Below are positions 37,521 through 52,640 of a DNA stretch of 64,000 bases, in pieces. A program made the translations under genes and the position numbers. Origin of the DNA: Eledone cirrhosa (lineage: Eukaryota); the NCBI GenBank assembly GCA_964016885.1, contig OZ024743.1, positions 52,080,001 through 52,144,000 on the forward strand. Reading direction: 5' to 3'. The notes beneath the pieces are model-generated. The model saw only the letters and a list, made by a program, of their open reading frames with translations. It made no database searches and had not been told where the DNA came from. Position 1 is the stretch's first letter; each line of letters starts with the position of its first letter.

Positions 37521-39609
37521 ATGGTAAAAGAACTAGGCTTATTTCCTGAACAAAGCAGAAAAAAAAGAACCTGCTATGAGGTGTAACTTTATTTATAGGT
37601 CAGCTAAACCTGTGTGGGTTTGATCTACAACAGCAACATTTATAGGTTGACTAAACTTATGCAGATGTGATCTGTAACAAGAACAAACTCAAAAATAACC
37701 AGCACAAGTGTGACTATGGTTAACATACAGTTGACCGTTATTCACCATATTGCCATTTGTATACTGAGAAGTTCTAAAAGAACCAAATGCTTTGAAATAG
37801 AGAGTATTCCGCCTGCTCCGATAAACCATTTGAAATAAACCAATTTGTTAAAAACAGGAGCTATATTTCCTCAACTCTTTATCCCTTTTGTTAACTAATT
37901 TCTAATGAAAAACACATTTTCAAATGATTTTGAAAAGGAATTTCGAAAGATTTAGTATTATAACTAACTTTCTCATTATTGAGTTGAGGCAGTTGAGGAT
38001 GATCAAGAAGATATGACTAAAGATGATAGGGGAAGCAAGGGTGAGAGAGGATGCAGAGGATAAAGCAAAATGTAGAAGCTTGTCATTGAGCCTGCATGGC
38101 TAACCCTTCCTTTAATTGGAGAAAATGTTTTTAACCCTTTTGAGACCAAACTGTCCGAAATTGGCCTGGATTTATGATACAAAACAGTTCATTTTAAAAT
38201 GGTTATCTTTATATTAAAACCATTTCTCAATTTTATTTTAGAAATTTTTCTTAAGCAATGTTCTAAATATCAGCTTACTAAAAATTTATTTTATTAAATT
38301 CCTCCAAATATTTATTTTCAAAATTAATTGAAACACATATGCAATGTATTTCATTAGAAATACAATAATGAAAAGTTTAATCACCACACTCATATCCAAA
38401 ACAATGCCATCGTGACTTCCAGAAGTTTCTTTCTCTGTTGGCATCTTTCCTAGTTTTTCATTAGGTAGGCATTACTTTTTCTTTATTTCTTTCTTTCTTT
38501 TTTTTTTTATATCGTAATTTGTCATTTCCTGTTTAGTTTAAAACAAAACAATAGTACTGTCCTCAGAAAGCTGTAACAATCTTGGCAGACCTAACAAAAC
38601 TCAAACCAATTTTCTTGATAATTAAACATTAACAATTTCCTCAATGTTTTAATTGACTTTATATCAAACATGCTGGGATTTTTAGCAAAAGAAAATTAAA
38701 ATTATTCTTAGTGCTAACATCTTTGATACAAACCAACTCCAAACCACCCATTTTAAAGTGTGAAGGTGCATCGCCTAGCAGTTAGTGTGTTAGAAACATG
38801 ATCATAAGGTTGTAGGTTTGAATCCTGTACTAGAGAGGACATTCATTTCATATTGCTTTTCATGATAGGGCAGGATTAAAACACCCAAGAAATCTATGAG
38901 AGACAAGCTTCTAGGAGACCAGATGAATTCACATTTCCTTTTTTTTTTTTTTCATTTCACCCATTTTAAAGTGTTCCTATTTAATTGAAAACCTTACAAT
39001 ATAACTTTATATAAGAACTTTTCTTAATGAAATAATCATTTTCATAAATCACCCCAAATTCTTCATTAATTGAAATACAGTGTGTCATTGGAAATACTAG
39101 CAGAAAAACCACCCTTTGGGTGGTTTTCTGCTAGCATGTGTAGTGTGTATATTGATATTATACGCAAGTATATATACATGTAGATATGATATGTCAAATA
39201 AAATCGTAATTGACAATATATAATACATAGAAATTGAACAAAGACTGCATTACACTGTCTTATTTAATCAGTAACGTAATCCATGATACATTAAAAAAGA
39301 CAAAATTATATATAAACTGCATTAGGAGAAAATTAGTGACAGAAAATTAGCGATGGCCAACTGGAAGTGTTGACATTTCAGAAATTTTAAAGAAGTCAAT
39401 CTTTAAATAAATAAAATATATTTAATAAACAGTCACGAAATTTAGTAGATAAATTATGTAATATTTATTCAAAGTAATCCAACTTATTTTACAAACGAGA
39501 TAAAAAAAATAAACCGTACGCAATCCCGCAGACCTTCCTTTATTATTTAGATTGTTACAAAAGAGTTTAAAGAAAGTTTTATTTTACTTATTTCACCAGA
39601 TTTCTGTTA

Positions 39610-40530
39610 TCTATATATATAAAACTGAGGTTGTCTGTCTGTCTACTAAAACGGTCGACACATATCTCCTCCTAAACCGTACGTTCAAATTTCAGTGAAA
39701 ATGCTACACTTATAGATGAAGGCTTGGCAGAGACATCGATCAAAAATTTTTCAAACTGACCCACGCCAAGTGCAAAATTCGAACTTGTAATGTATTGATT
39801 TTTCAGTTCAAATGTATAGAGATGAGAGACGAGTTATTTCCCTTTTATGGCGTCATTCTGTCCATCTATTTACTTTACGAATAAACGATGCGTGCAAAAG
39901 TATAAAAATACAAGAACTTTCGGGCCAGTAAAATTTTAACCTGCAAAATTCATTAGTTCGAAATTCCAACATTAAGCTTCCATTTTGCTTTATTTCCATT
40001 AAAGTCTTTTAAAACAATATTTTTACTTGAAAACAAACCTATTACACCTATACACCGTAAAACAAGCAAATATTTTGTAAAAAAAAAAAAGCATTGATCT
40101 CGAATAAAGCCTTATGAGATTTTCATTTACAAGCAATGATTTTAAACAACAGACAGATAACGCATTTTTTTTTTTTTTTTTTTGTTTTTCATGTCCATCC
40201 AATTTCTTTGTTTCAAAATAACTGATAGTTTGGTTACGTTGATGTTTTTCTCTGAGACAAGTGTTGCAATGTTTACATTTTTGATTTTTGTTAATAGATT
40301 ACCAGTGCAGATTTTATTCCCAGCATCCTCTTTTGTTTTAACATTCGGGTTATGGTTATGTTTTCTTAACTTCATAAGGCATACTGTTGGTTGAGGGAAT
40401 AATAATCAAAAGTACCTCACGAAAGTCTACACTGTAGACTCTACAGTTTTTAAGCCAAGAAAGGAACTTAACATTGTAACTTTAACACAGTTACTGAGCA
40501 GCCCCGAGCAACGCCAGGCTTTACTGCTAG
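39610..40530 (+). mobile_element. Non-autonomous Helitron
   Basis: A|TCTATATATATAAAAC 5' end; 3' hairpin CCCGAGCAACGCCAGG then CTAG|T; inserted at AT with no TSD. Confidence 0.82.
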
Positions 40531-40725
40531 TTTTCAATACAGTACTGATGGTGGATGTTAAATAGATCCAATAAACTCTACTGAAGTAGTTGAAAAATAC
40601 CATCTACATGGAAAATTAGCTGTTAATATATTTTAACTCATTTCATACTAAACCACATGAAACCACTTCTGGTCCTATGATAAAAAACATTTCTTTTGAA
40701 ATATTTCTATGATACAAAACTTTAT

Positions 40726-40762
40726 TTATATGTATATATATATATATGTATATATATATATG

Positions 40763-40794
<32 letters not shown>

Positions 40795-40995
40795 TATATA
40801 TGTGTATATATATATGTATGTATGTATATATATGTATATGTATGTATATATATGTATATATGTATGTATATATATATGTATGTATGTATATATGTATGTA
40901 TGTATATATGTATGTATGTATATGTATATATATATATGTATGTATATGTATATATATATATATGTATATATATATATGTATGTATGTATATATGT
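40726..40995. repeat. (TA)n/(TATG)n microsatellite
   Basis: direct inspection. Confidence 0.95.
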
Positions 40996-41392
40996 ATTTA
41001 CAGCATTTTCCACCAATCAACAAAAGAAATAGGGTGGGACAGTGACTAATTTCATTTTTTTTTCATTTCATTTTACGTCCGCTTTTTCCCTGCTTGCAAG
41101 GGTGGGACGGGAACTGATTTTGGCTTGATTTCTACAGCTGGATGCCCTTCCTAACACCAACCTCATTTACAGTGAGTGCTGGGTGCTTTTTTGCCGTGGC
41201 ACCTGCACGACCACTTTGCAGTGGAATGATATGGACCCCAGTCCCTATCATCTCATTTCTACAGCTGAGTAAACTGGAGCAATGTGAAATAAAGTGTCTT
41301 GCTCAAGGAAACAACACATCACCTGGCCTGAGAATTGAACTCATAACCTTTCGATTGCAAGGCCAATGCTCTAACCACTAAGCCATGTGCCT

Positions 41393-41424
<32 letters not shown>

Positions 41425-41426
<2 letters not shown>

Positions 41427-44400
41427 ACGTTTAACGTCCGTGTTCCACGCTTGCATGGGTTTGGACGGGGGTATTCCCACTTGAGGCAAGAGTGATTGTC
41501 TTGCTCGCATAGGACTGTCTGGCAGGTTTTCTAGAGTTGGATGCCCTTCCTAACACCAACCACATTTACAGTGTGGGTCTGGGAGGTTTTTACCATGTTG
41601 CCTACACGGCCACATTACAGCGTGGACTGTGTGTTTTTTTGTCGTGACACCTACACGATCTCATTTGTTTCGGCCTGGATGGTGTGGCACCAACATAACT
41701 TTACATAGAAGGGGGTGGTGTGGATGGGGTGGGGGTGGTGGGACGGGGGTGTATTTTGTTAGAGATGCCTACTGGCTGTAGTAGGTTTTACTATGTATTT
41801 AGGTAAGGCGGGTCTTCTCTATTACTGAGTACCGCCAAAGGTCTCGGTCCAGTGACATTGTCTTGGAGAGGTGTAAGTGTGTGAGATCGGAGTTTATCAG
41901 CTCGTCCCAGGTTTTTCTAGGTCTGCCTATTCCGTGGCTACCGTCTATCTTTATTGCCCTGCACTTTGTTATACAGCTATCGACTTTCATGCGCATCACG
42001 TGTCCATACCAACGTAGCCTTCTCTCGAGTAAACAACATCTGATCCCTCTTATTTCTAATTTTTTCCTTAGTTCGTTTATGCTTTGCCGTTCACGTATAT
42101 TACTGTTACACATCCAGCGGAGCATGCAAGCTTCGTTCCTCTCTAGTCTGCGTATATCCTCTGCACACAATGCCCAGGTCTCACTGCCATGCAACATTGC
42201 TGTTCGTATGCAGGCATCATACAACCTGCCTTTCATTTTTAGGGAGAACCCTTTAGCGGCTAATAGTGGTATAAGCTCTCTGAACTTTTTCCATCCAGTT
42301 CTGACTCTAGCTACTGTACTTTCAGAGCACCCTCCCACACTGCTGATTTTGTCACCCAGGTAACGGAAGCTGTCCACTATTTCTATAGAGCCCTCTGCGC
42401 AGTTGTAAGAGCTAGTATTTTGTGGGCACTTGCTGCTACTTATTGCACCAGAGCACCGGCCACATGTAAAATCTATGTTCTTAGTTAGCTTACCTGTGAT
42501 CCCACTACATCTTTTATGCACCCATACTTTGCATTTGGGACATAAAATGGAGTTTCTACCTACGCCTTTCCTACACACTGAGCATGGCCATTTCCCGGAA
42601 GGGACCGCCGCCTTATTTTCTTTCCTACAAACTAGAACTTTAGTCTTAGCCAGGTTAATTTTAAGGCCTTTTGATTCTAGGCCGTGCTTCCATGTTTGGA
42701 ATTTCTTCTCTAGCTCGGCCATTGATTCAGCTATGAGCGTCAGGTCGTCTGCGTATAGGAGTTCCCATGGGCAGCCGGTCTTGAACTCCTCTGTTATAGC
42801 CTGAAGGGCAATAATAAATAGTAGGGGGCTGAGAACAGAGCCCTGATGGACGCCAACTTTTACGCTAAACTCTTCACTATATTCGTTGTTAATGCTAACC
42901 TTGCTGACTGTTTCTTTATACATGGCTTGTATAGCTCTCACAAGCCATTCGTCAACACCTAGTTTTCTAAGGGCCAACCAGATAATGGAACGGGGGACTC
43001 TGTCGAAGGCTTTCTCCAAGTCGACAAAAGCTAAGTAGAGGGGTTTACCTTTAGCTAGGTACTTCTCCTGTACTTGTCGTACAATGAAAAGAGCGTCTGT
43101 GGTACTTTTGCCTGACACAAACCCGAACTGCATTTCATCTAGGTCAATTCTCTCTCTGATTAGTTGCGCTATTACTTTTTCCGTGACCTTCATGACCTGG
43201 TCGATTAATTTAATGCCTCTATAGTTACTATCTAGGGCATCTCCTTTACCCTTATAACAGTTAACGATGATGCTGCTATGCCAGTCCTTCGGAACAACCC
43301 CATTCTGTATGACTTGGTTAACTATCCGGGTGACCATGGTGTGTCCCACCGTGCCAGATGCCTTCAGCATCTCAGCAACTATTTCCGAAGGCCCAGCCGC
43401 CTTACCCGTCTTCATATCCTTGATTGCCTTACTTATTATACTACCCTCGACTAACACTGCTGGTCCCTCTATTGGGTCGATGTGGGGGAGACTGTCTTTC
43501 TCCCATTTATTCTCATTTAGTAGCCTTTCATAGTGACACTTCCAAGCTACCTTCTTATCAGCGTCGGTGATGGCAAGTACGCCGTCATCATTAAGTACAC
43601 ACTTCTCCCCGACAATATCACGGTTTTCCTTGACACATTGCCTAGCAATCCTGAACACCTCACGTTTTGGGTCCTTGCGTTGTAGAACATGCTTGAACTT
43701 TCTTTCCTCTGCTTCCCTTCTTGCGAAGTACACTTGTCTCCTAGCTTCCCTCCTGGCCACTTGATAGTCTTCTCTACTTCCCCCATCCCGCCATACTTTC
43801 CAAGCCTGCTTTTTGGCCTTAATTGACCCCTCCACCTTACTGTTCCACCACCATGTTACTCTCCTCCTGCCTACAGGCCTGCTTCAGCCACAGACTTCGT
43901 CTGTCGCCATCAGCAGGTTTGCTTTCAGAAATTCCCACTGTCCCTCTATATTGTCCGACTCTAAATGCTCTTCCTTACTGTCGAAAGCATCAAGTAATAT
44001 GCTTTGAAATTTATTTCTGGCTGTGGGGTCTTTTAGCTTCCATATTTTTCTCCTGAGGATAGTCCCCTTATGCTGTCGAGTACGTCTCGTCCTGACTATG
44101 AGGTCGCTAATTATCAGTCTATGTTGGGAGGTGCATTCTTCATGGGGGAGGGATTTAGTGTTTACAACAGACACTCTGTCACGTCTTCTGGTAAGGATAT
44201 AATCTACCTGGCTTGTGTGTTCCCCGGATCTATAGGTGATCAGGTGATTGTCACGTTTTTTGAAGTTAGTGTTACAGATAGTTAGGTTATTTGCGTCACA
44301 GAATTCCAGGATTCTGGAGCCTTCCTCATTTCTAGTACCAAACCCATAGCCTCCATGGATTTCGTCGTAGCCGTCACAATGTTGTTCAACGTGACCATTT

Positions 44401-45513
44401 AGGTCGCCTGCAATAATTATATAGTCACTGTCGGTTATTTGGGAGGTAGTGAGCATCAGTGTCTCATAGAATCTGTCTTTTATAGTGCCGGGCAGTCCAG
44501 ATTGGGGTGCGTACGCAGATATTACTGTCACCGTAGTTCTATTGAGGACAAGTCTTATTTTAATTATTCTGTCGTTCACTCTATTTACGTCTATTATCTT
44601 ATCTGCCCACTTTTCTGCTACCATGATTCCTACTCCACCCAGCCCATCGTCGTTTCCCACCCAGAAAAGCTTATAACATCGTTTTTTACCCTCAATGAAT
44701 CTAGCAGACCCACCCCTCCACCTGGTCTCTTGAATACAACAAACATCGACCTCCTTACGTTCAAGCATTTCTACAACCTCGTTAGCGCGACCCTTTAGGG
44801 TGCCTACATTTATGGTACCAACTCTGAAGTTTTGGATTGCGTTTGGAGGGTGGGGGCGGGGGGAGATGGGGTTATGTTAGCCGTCCGCGGTCGAAACAAA
44901 GAGGAGTGCTCGCATTCTCGTCCACGAGGTGAATTTGTCTTTATCTTTAGCATTGTCGCTGAGCATCCAGATTTTTCTCTCTCTTCCACTCTCCAGGATT
45001 CCGTAGTCCATCCATCCATCATATATCGAAAGGCAACCGGGCAAGCGATAGTATAGGCCTCTGGCTTATGATTGGTCCGCGTAATAATAATGGTGATGCG
45101 TGGGGGCTCTGGCTTATGATTGGTCCACGTAATAACAATGGCGGTGCGTGGGGGCGGGAGGGAGGGGTGTTGGGTAGCTAGCTAGAAGGTAAGGATTGAA
45201 TGAGGTCCTCGTATTTAACAAGCGATTAACAAAAATATACAAGATTTGTTCTGTTCAATACGACAAAAACTCTCGTATTTAACAAGTAATAACAAAAAAA
45301 ATACAGATTTGTTTTAGGAATACGGCCGCTACATTTAGGATTTGGCAAGATTTGGATGTTTGGACTGGATACGAAATGGAAGTGTGGAGATGATAGAAAA
45401 ATGTGTACATTACGTTACATGATATACCGTGGAAGGAACAGCGATTGAATTTGGCGAAAGTGATTTGCTTGAAGGGGTTTATCTTATATATATATAGCTA
45501 AGAGAGAGAGAAG

Positions 45514-45553
<40 letters not shown>

Positions 45554-45620
45554 TAGGTTTGTCCGCGAAGCCCTCGTGAAGTAGAGGGAGGGGGCCGAGG
45601 GATAGTAGAAGAGGGAGTTT
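41425..45620 (-). mobile_element. Near full-length RTE-clade LINE (APE endonuclease + RT + PHD finger)
   Basis: GTINVG, IQETRW, AGDLNGHV, QVDYIL (APE); NYRGIKL, QFGF, VDLEKAFDRV, GVHQGSVLSP, YADD, FRYLG (RT); [10 protein letters not shown] and GRPRKTW C-terminus; 5' boundary approximate. Confidence 0.95.
41799..44830 (-). pseudogene. RTE ORF with a single in-frame stop (TGA at 43884-43886, likely TGG>TGA)
   Basis: ORFs 43884..44768 and 41799..43835 share a frame, joined by *SRPVGRRRVTWWWNSK. Confidence 0.9.
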
Positions 45621-46225
45621 AGATCATCATCATCATCATCATCAGGTTTAGCGTCCGTGTTCCACATATATATATGTATTTATTTATGTATGTATCTGTA
45701 TATGTATATATATTAGTCACTGTCCCACCCCCATTCCTTTTGTTGATTGGTGGAAGATGCTGTAAATACAGAGTCAAGCTGTCGAGTTGTATTAAAATCT
45801 ATTATATTAATTATATTCTGTTCCTAATGACATTCTTTCCTCATAAAAAATCTAAAATAAAACTTACCAAATAGCTATAGCTGAATCAGGGAATTGATAG
45901 GTCAAACCATAGAGTACTAGACTTTTGTTAGGATATTTCTAATAAAAGATACTGCCTATGGTTTTTAAGTTAGTTCTGAAAAAGTATTTGGCACTTAAAG
46001 GTTCTTACATAAAATTATGATGGAAGGTTTTTTTTTAGATAAATATAAACATTTTAACCCTTTAATTACCATATTTCTAATAGGACTCTGCCTATGATTT
46101 TCAATTAGACGAGAAGATAATGAAGAGTTTGAAAAGATTTAATAAGGTAACTTTCTCGTTAATATGCCAGTGTTTGGGCCACAACAAAGGTTCTCACATA
46201 AAATTATGATGAAAGTGTGTGTAGC

Positions 46226-47175
46226 ACACATATATATACATATACACATATATATATTCATATCTATACATACACATATCCATAAATATATATACATACA
46301 TAACTATACATACACATATCCATGTATATATACATACATGTCTATACATATACATATCCATGTATATATACATACATATCTATACATATACATTTATATA
46401 TATATATACATATTTTTTATATATATACGTATACATATATATATATATATACATATATATTTTTTATATATATACGTATACATATATATATATAGATATA
46501 TATATACACATATATAATATGATATGTTGATTTAAACTGCACTATCCACAAGTGTTTTTTAGCCTTCATATCATGTCCTGTTTTATCTGATGAAAACACA
46601 TATTGCATGATGATGTTTGTTTTTGAAATGCGCATAATAAAATACATGGAACTCCTTTAACCATCTTTTGATCTTATATACATATATATAGATATATATT
46701 TTTTATATATATATGTATACATATATATATATAGATATATATTTTTTATATATATACGTATACATATATATATATATATATATTTTTTATATATATATGT
46801 ATACATATATATATATATATATTTTTTATATATATATGTATACATATATATACATATATATTTTTTATATATATATGTATACATATATATACATATATAT
46901 TTTTTATATATATATGTATACATATATATATATACATATATATTTTTTATATATATATGTATACATATATATATATACATATATATTTTTTATATATATA
47001 TATGTATACATATATATATATATACATATATATTTATATACATATATTCATATATATACATTTATATACATACATATATATTTATATACATACATATATG
47101 TTCATATATATACATATATATTTATATACATACATATATATGTTCATATATATACATATATATTTATATACATAC
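46226..47175. repeat. TA/TACA compound microsatellite interrupted by a ~155-bp island
   Basis: direct inspection. Confidence 0.9.
46580..46643 (+). ncRNA. Minimal type I hammerhead ribozyme (family C; stem II degenerate)
   Basis: GUUUUAU-CUGAUGA-AAACA...UGUUUUU-GAAA-U GCGC A-UA-AUAAAAU. Confidence 0.7.
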
Positions 47176-48287
47176 ATAAAAGATGTAGTGGGATCACAGG
47201 TAAGCTAACTAAGAACATAGATTTTACATGTGGCCGGTGTTCTGGTGCAATAAGTAGCAGCAAGTGCCCAAAAAATACTAGCTCTTTCAATTGCGCAGAG
47301 GGTTCTATAGAAATAGTGGACAGCTTCCGTTACCTGGGCGATAAAATCAGCAGTGGGGGAGGGTGCTCTGAAAGTACTGTAGCTAGAGTCAGAACTGGTT
47401 GGAAAAAGTTCAGAGAGCTTATACCACTATTAGCTGCTAAAGGGTTCTCCCTAAAAATGAAAGGCAGGTTGTACGATGCCTGCATACGAACAGCAATGCT
47501 GCATGGCAGTGAGACCTGGGCATTTTGTGCAGAGGATATACGCAGACTAGAGAGGAACGAAGCTTGCATGCTCCGCTGGATGTGTAACAGTAATATACGT
47601 GAACGGCAAAGCATAAACGAACTAAGGAAAAAATTAGAGATAAGAGGGATCAGATGTTGTTTACTCGAGAGAAGGCTACGTTGGTATGGACACGTGATGC
47701 GCATGAAAGTCGATAGCTGTATAACAAAGTGCAGGGCAATAAAGATAGACGGTAGTCACGGAATAGGCAGACCTAGAAAAGCCTGGGACGAGCTGATAAA
47801 CTCCGACATCACACACTTACACCTCTCCAAGACAATGTCACTGGACCGAGACCTTTGGCGGTACTCAGTAACAGAGAAGACCCGCCTTACCTAAGTATAT
47901 AGTAAAACCTACTCCAGCCAGTAGGCATCTCTAACAAAATACACCCCGTCCCACCACCACCACCCCCACCCCATCCACACCACCCCGTTCTATGTAAAGT
48001 TATGTTGGTGCCGCGCCATCCAGGCCGAAACAAATGAGATCGTGTAGGTGTCACGACAAAAAAACACACAATCCACGCTGTAATGTGGCCGTGTAGGCAA
48101 CACGGTAAAAACCTCCCAGACCCACACTGTAAATGTGGTTGGTGTTAGGAAGGGCATCCAACTGTAGAAAACCTGCCAGACAGTCCTATGCGAGCAAGAC
48201 AATCACTCTTGCCTCAAGTGGGACTACCCCCGTCCAAACCCATGCAAGCGTGGAACACGGACGTTAAACGTTGATGATGATGATGAT
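47175..48287 (+). mobile_element. 5'-truncated copy of the same RTE (3' 1.1 kb) with (GAT)n tail
   Basis: [10 protein letters not shown]...EKTRLT and 3' UTR nearly identical to the reverse complement of 41425-42518. Confidence 0.95.
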
Positions 48288-49950
<1,663 letters not shown>

Positions 49951-50703
49951 TCATCATCATCATCATCATCACCGTTTTACGTCCGTTCTTCCACGCTAGC
50001 ATGGGTTAGACGGGTTGTCCTGTTGTGGGCAGTGTCTGGTCGGCTGACCATGCCTTGCTCATACAGGAACTGATCTGGCTTGATTTCTACAGCTGGATGC
50101 CCTTCCTAACACCAACCTCATTTACAGTGAGTGCTGGGTGCTTTTTCGTGGCGCCTACACGTCCACTTTACAGTGTGGGCTGGGTGCTTTTTTGCCGTGG
50201 CACCTCCACGACCACCTTGCGGTGGGGGGGGGGGGCATATTGTTTATATGCTTCAGCATGTACCCATGGGAGGTCGGGTACCCTGTATTACTGCGTGACG
50301 CCAGAAGTCACGGTCGTGTGTCATTGACTTTGAGAGGTGTAGTTGGGTAAGGTCGGCTTTTATCACCTCATCCCAAGTCATCTTGGGTCTCCCCACTCCG
50401 CGGTTTCCATCAACTTCTAGTGCTCTGCACCTTTTTATGCAGCTGTCATCCTTCATACGCATCACATGTCCATACCAGCGTAACCGCCTCTCCTGCACGC
50501 AGCATTTGATTCCTCTTATGCTCAGTCTCTCTCTCAATTCATTTATGCTTTGTCGTTCACGTATATTACTGTTACACATCCATCGGAGCATGCAGGCTTC
50601 GTTTCTCTCTAATCTACGTAAGTCTTCCACCTTCAGCGCCCAGGTCTCACTACCATGCAACATCGCTGTTCGGATACACGCATCATACAGTCTGCCTTTC
50701 ATT
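49951..50703 (-). mobile_element. 5'-truncated RTE of a related subfamily
   Basis: [21 protein letters not shown]...GRPKMTW, 3' UTR, (GAT)n tail. Confidence 0.9.
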
Positions 50704-50848
50704 CTATATATATGTATCATCATCATCATCATCATGACTCCAGTTCCCCAGTGAATTAACAACCCAGCAAGGAACTGGGCATATCAGAGTATTGACAATA
50801 TCATACACCTAAACAACATATGTACTTGTCTATACCATACTAATTCAA

Positions 50849-50903
50849 ACTGCCTGAAGAGGTCACAGCCAAAGATGGCTGTCACTGAAATATATGTAGC
50901 AGT
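50849..50903 (+). ncRNA. Minimal type I hammerhead ribozyme (family A, second copy)
   Basis: ACUGC-CUGAAGA-GGUCACAGCC aaagau GGCUGUCACU-GAAA-U AUAU G-UA-GCAGU. Confidence 0.83.
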
Positions 50904-50951
50904 AATAAACGAAGCTAAATTTTAATCATTTGACTTTTATTTAACTTTATT

Positions 50952-51190
50952 TTATATATATATATATATATATACATATATACATATATATATACATATA
51001 TACATATATATATACATATATATATATACATATATATACACATATATATATACACATATATATATATACACACATATATATATACACATATATATATACA
51101 CATATATATATATACACATATATATATATACACATATATATATACATATATATATACACATATATATATACACATATATATATACACATA

Positions 51191-51222
<32 letters not shown>

Positions 51223-51227
51223 CATAC

Positions 51228-51278
<51 letters not shown>

Positions 51279-51398
51279 CATATATATATACATATATATA
51301 TATATACATATATATATATACATATACATATATATACATATATATACATATACATATATACATATACATATATATACATATATATACATATACATATA

Positions 51399-51448
<50 letters not shown>

Positions 51449-51459
51449 TACATATATAT

Positions 51460-51497
<38 letters not shown>

Positions 51498-51827
51498 ATA
51501 TATATACACATATATATATGTATATATATACACATATATATATACACATATATATATGTATATATATACACATGTATATATATACACATGTATATATATA
51601 CAAATGTATATATATACACATTTATATATATACACATTTATATATATACACATTTATATATATACACATTTATATATATACACACTTATATATATACACA
51701 CTTATATATATACACACTTATATATATACACACTTATATATATACACACTTATATATATACACACTTATATATATACACATATATATATATACACATATA
51801 TATATATACACATATATATATATACAC

Positions 51828-51860
<33 letters not shown>

Positions 51861-52161
51861 CACATATATATACATACATATATATATATATATACACACA
51901 TATATATATACACATATATATATATATATACACACATATACATATATACACATATATATACACATATATATACACATATATATATACACATATATATATA
52001 CACCTATATACACATATATATATACATATATATATATACATATATATATATAGACACACATATATATATATATATATACACATATATATATATACACACA
52101 TATATATATATATATATACACATATATATATATATATACACATATATATATATATATACAC

Positions 52162-52196
<35 letters not shown>

Positions 52197-52469
52197 TATA
52201 TATATACACATATATACATATATATATACACATATATTTATACATATATATATATATACACACATATATATATATACACACATATATATATACACATATA
52301 TATATATATACACACATATATATACACATATATATATACACATATATATATATATACACACATATATATATATATATATATACACATATATATATATATA
52401 TATATATACAAAAATATATATATATATATATATACACATATATACATATATACACATATATATATATAA

Positions 52470-52514
<45 letters not shown>

Positions 52515-52563
52515 AATACATATACATATATAAATATATATATACATATATATATACATATAC

Positions 52564-52612
<49 letters not shown>

Positions 52613-52640
52613 CACATATATATATACATATATATATACA
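50952..52640. repeat. (TA)n(CA) microsatellite array
   Basis: direct inspection. Confidence 0.97.

Noticed and set aside
46713-47894. 393-aa ORF fusing an IY repeat to an RT C-terminus
   Set aside because: Chance in-frame join of a microsatellite and a 5'-truncated RTE.
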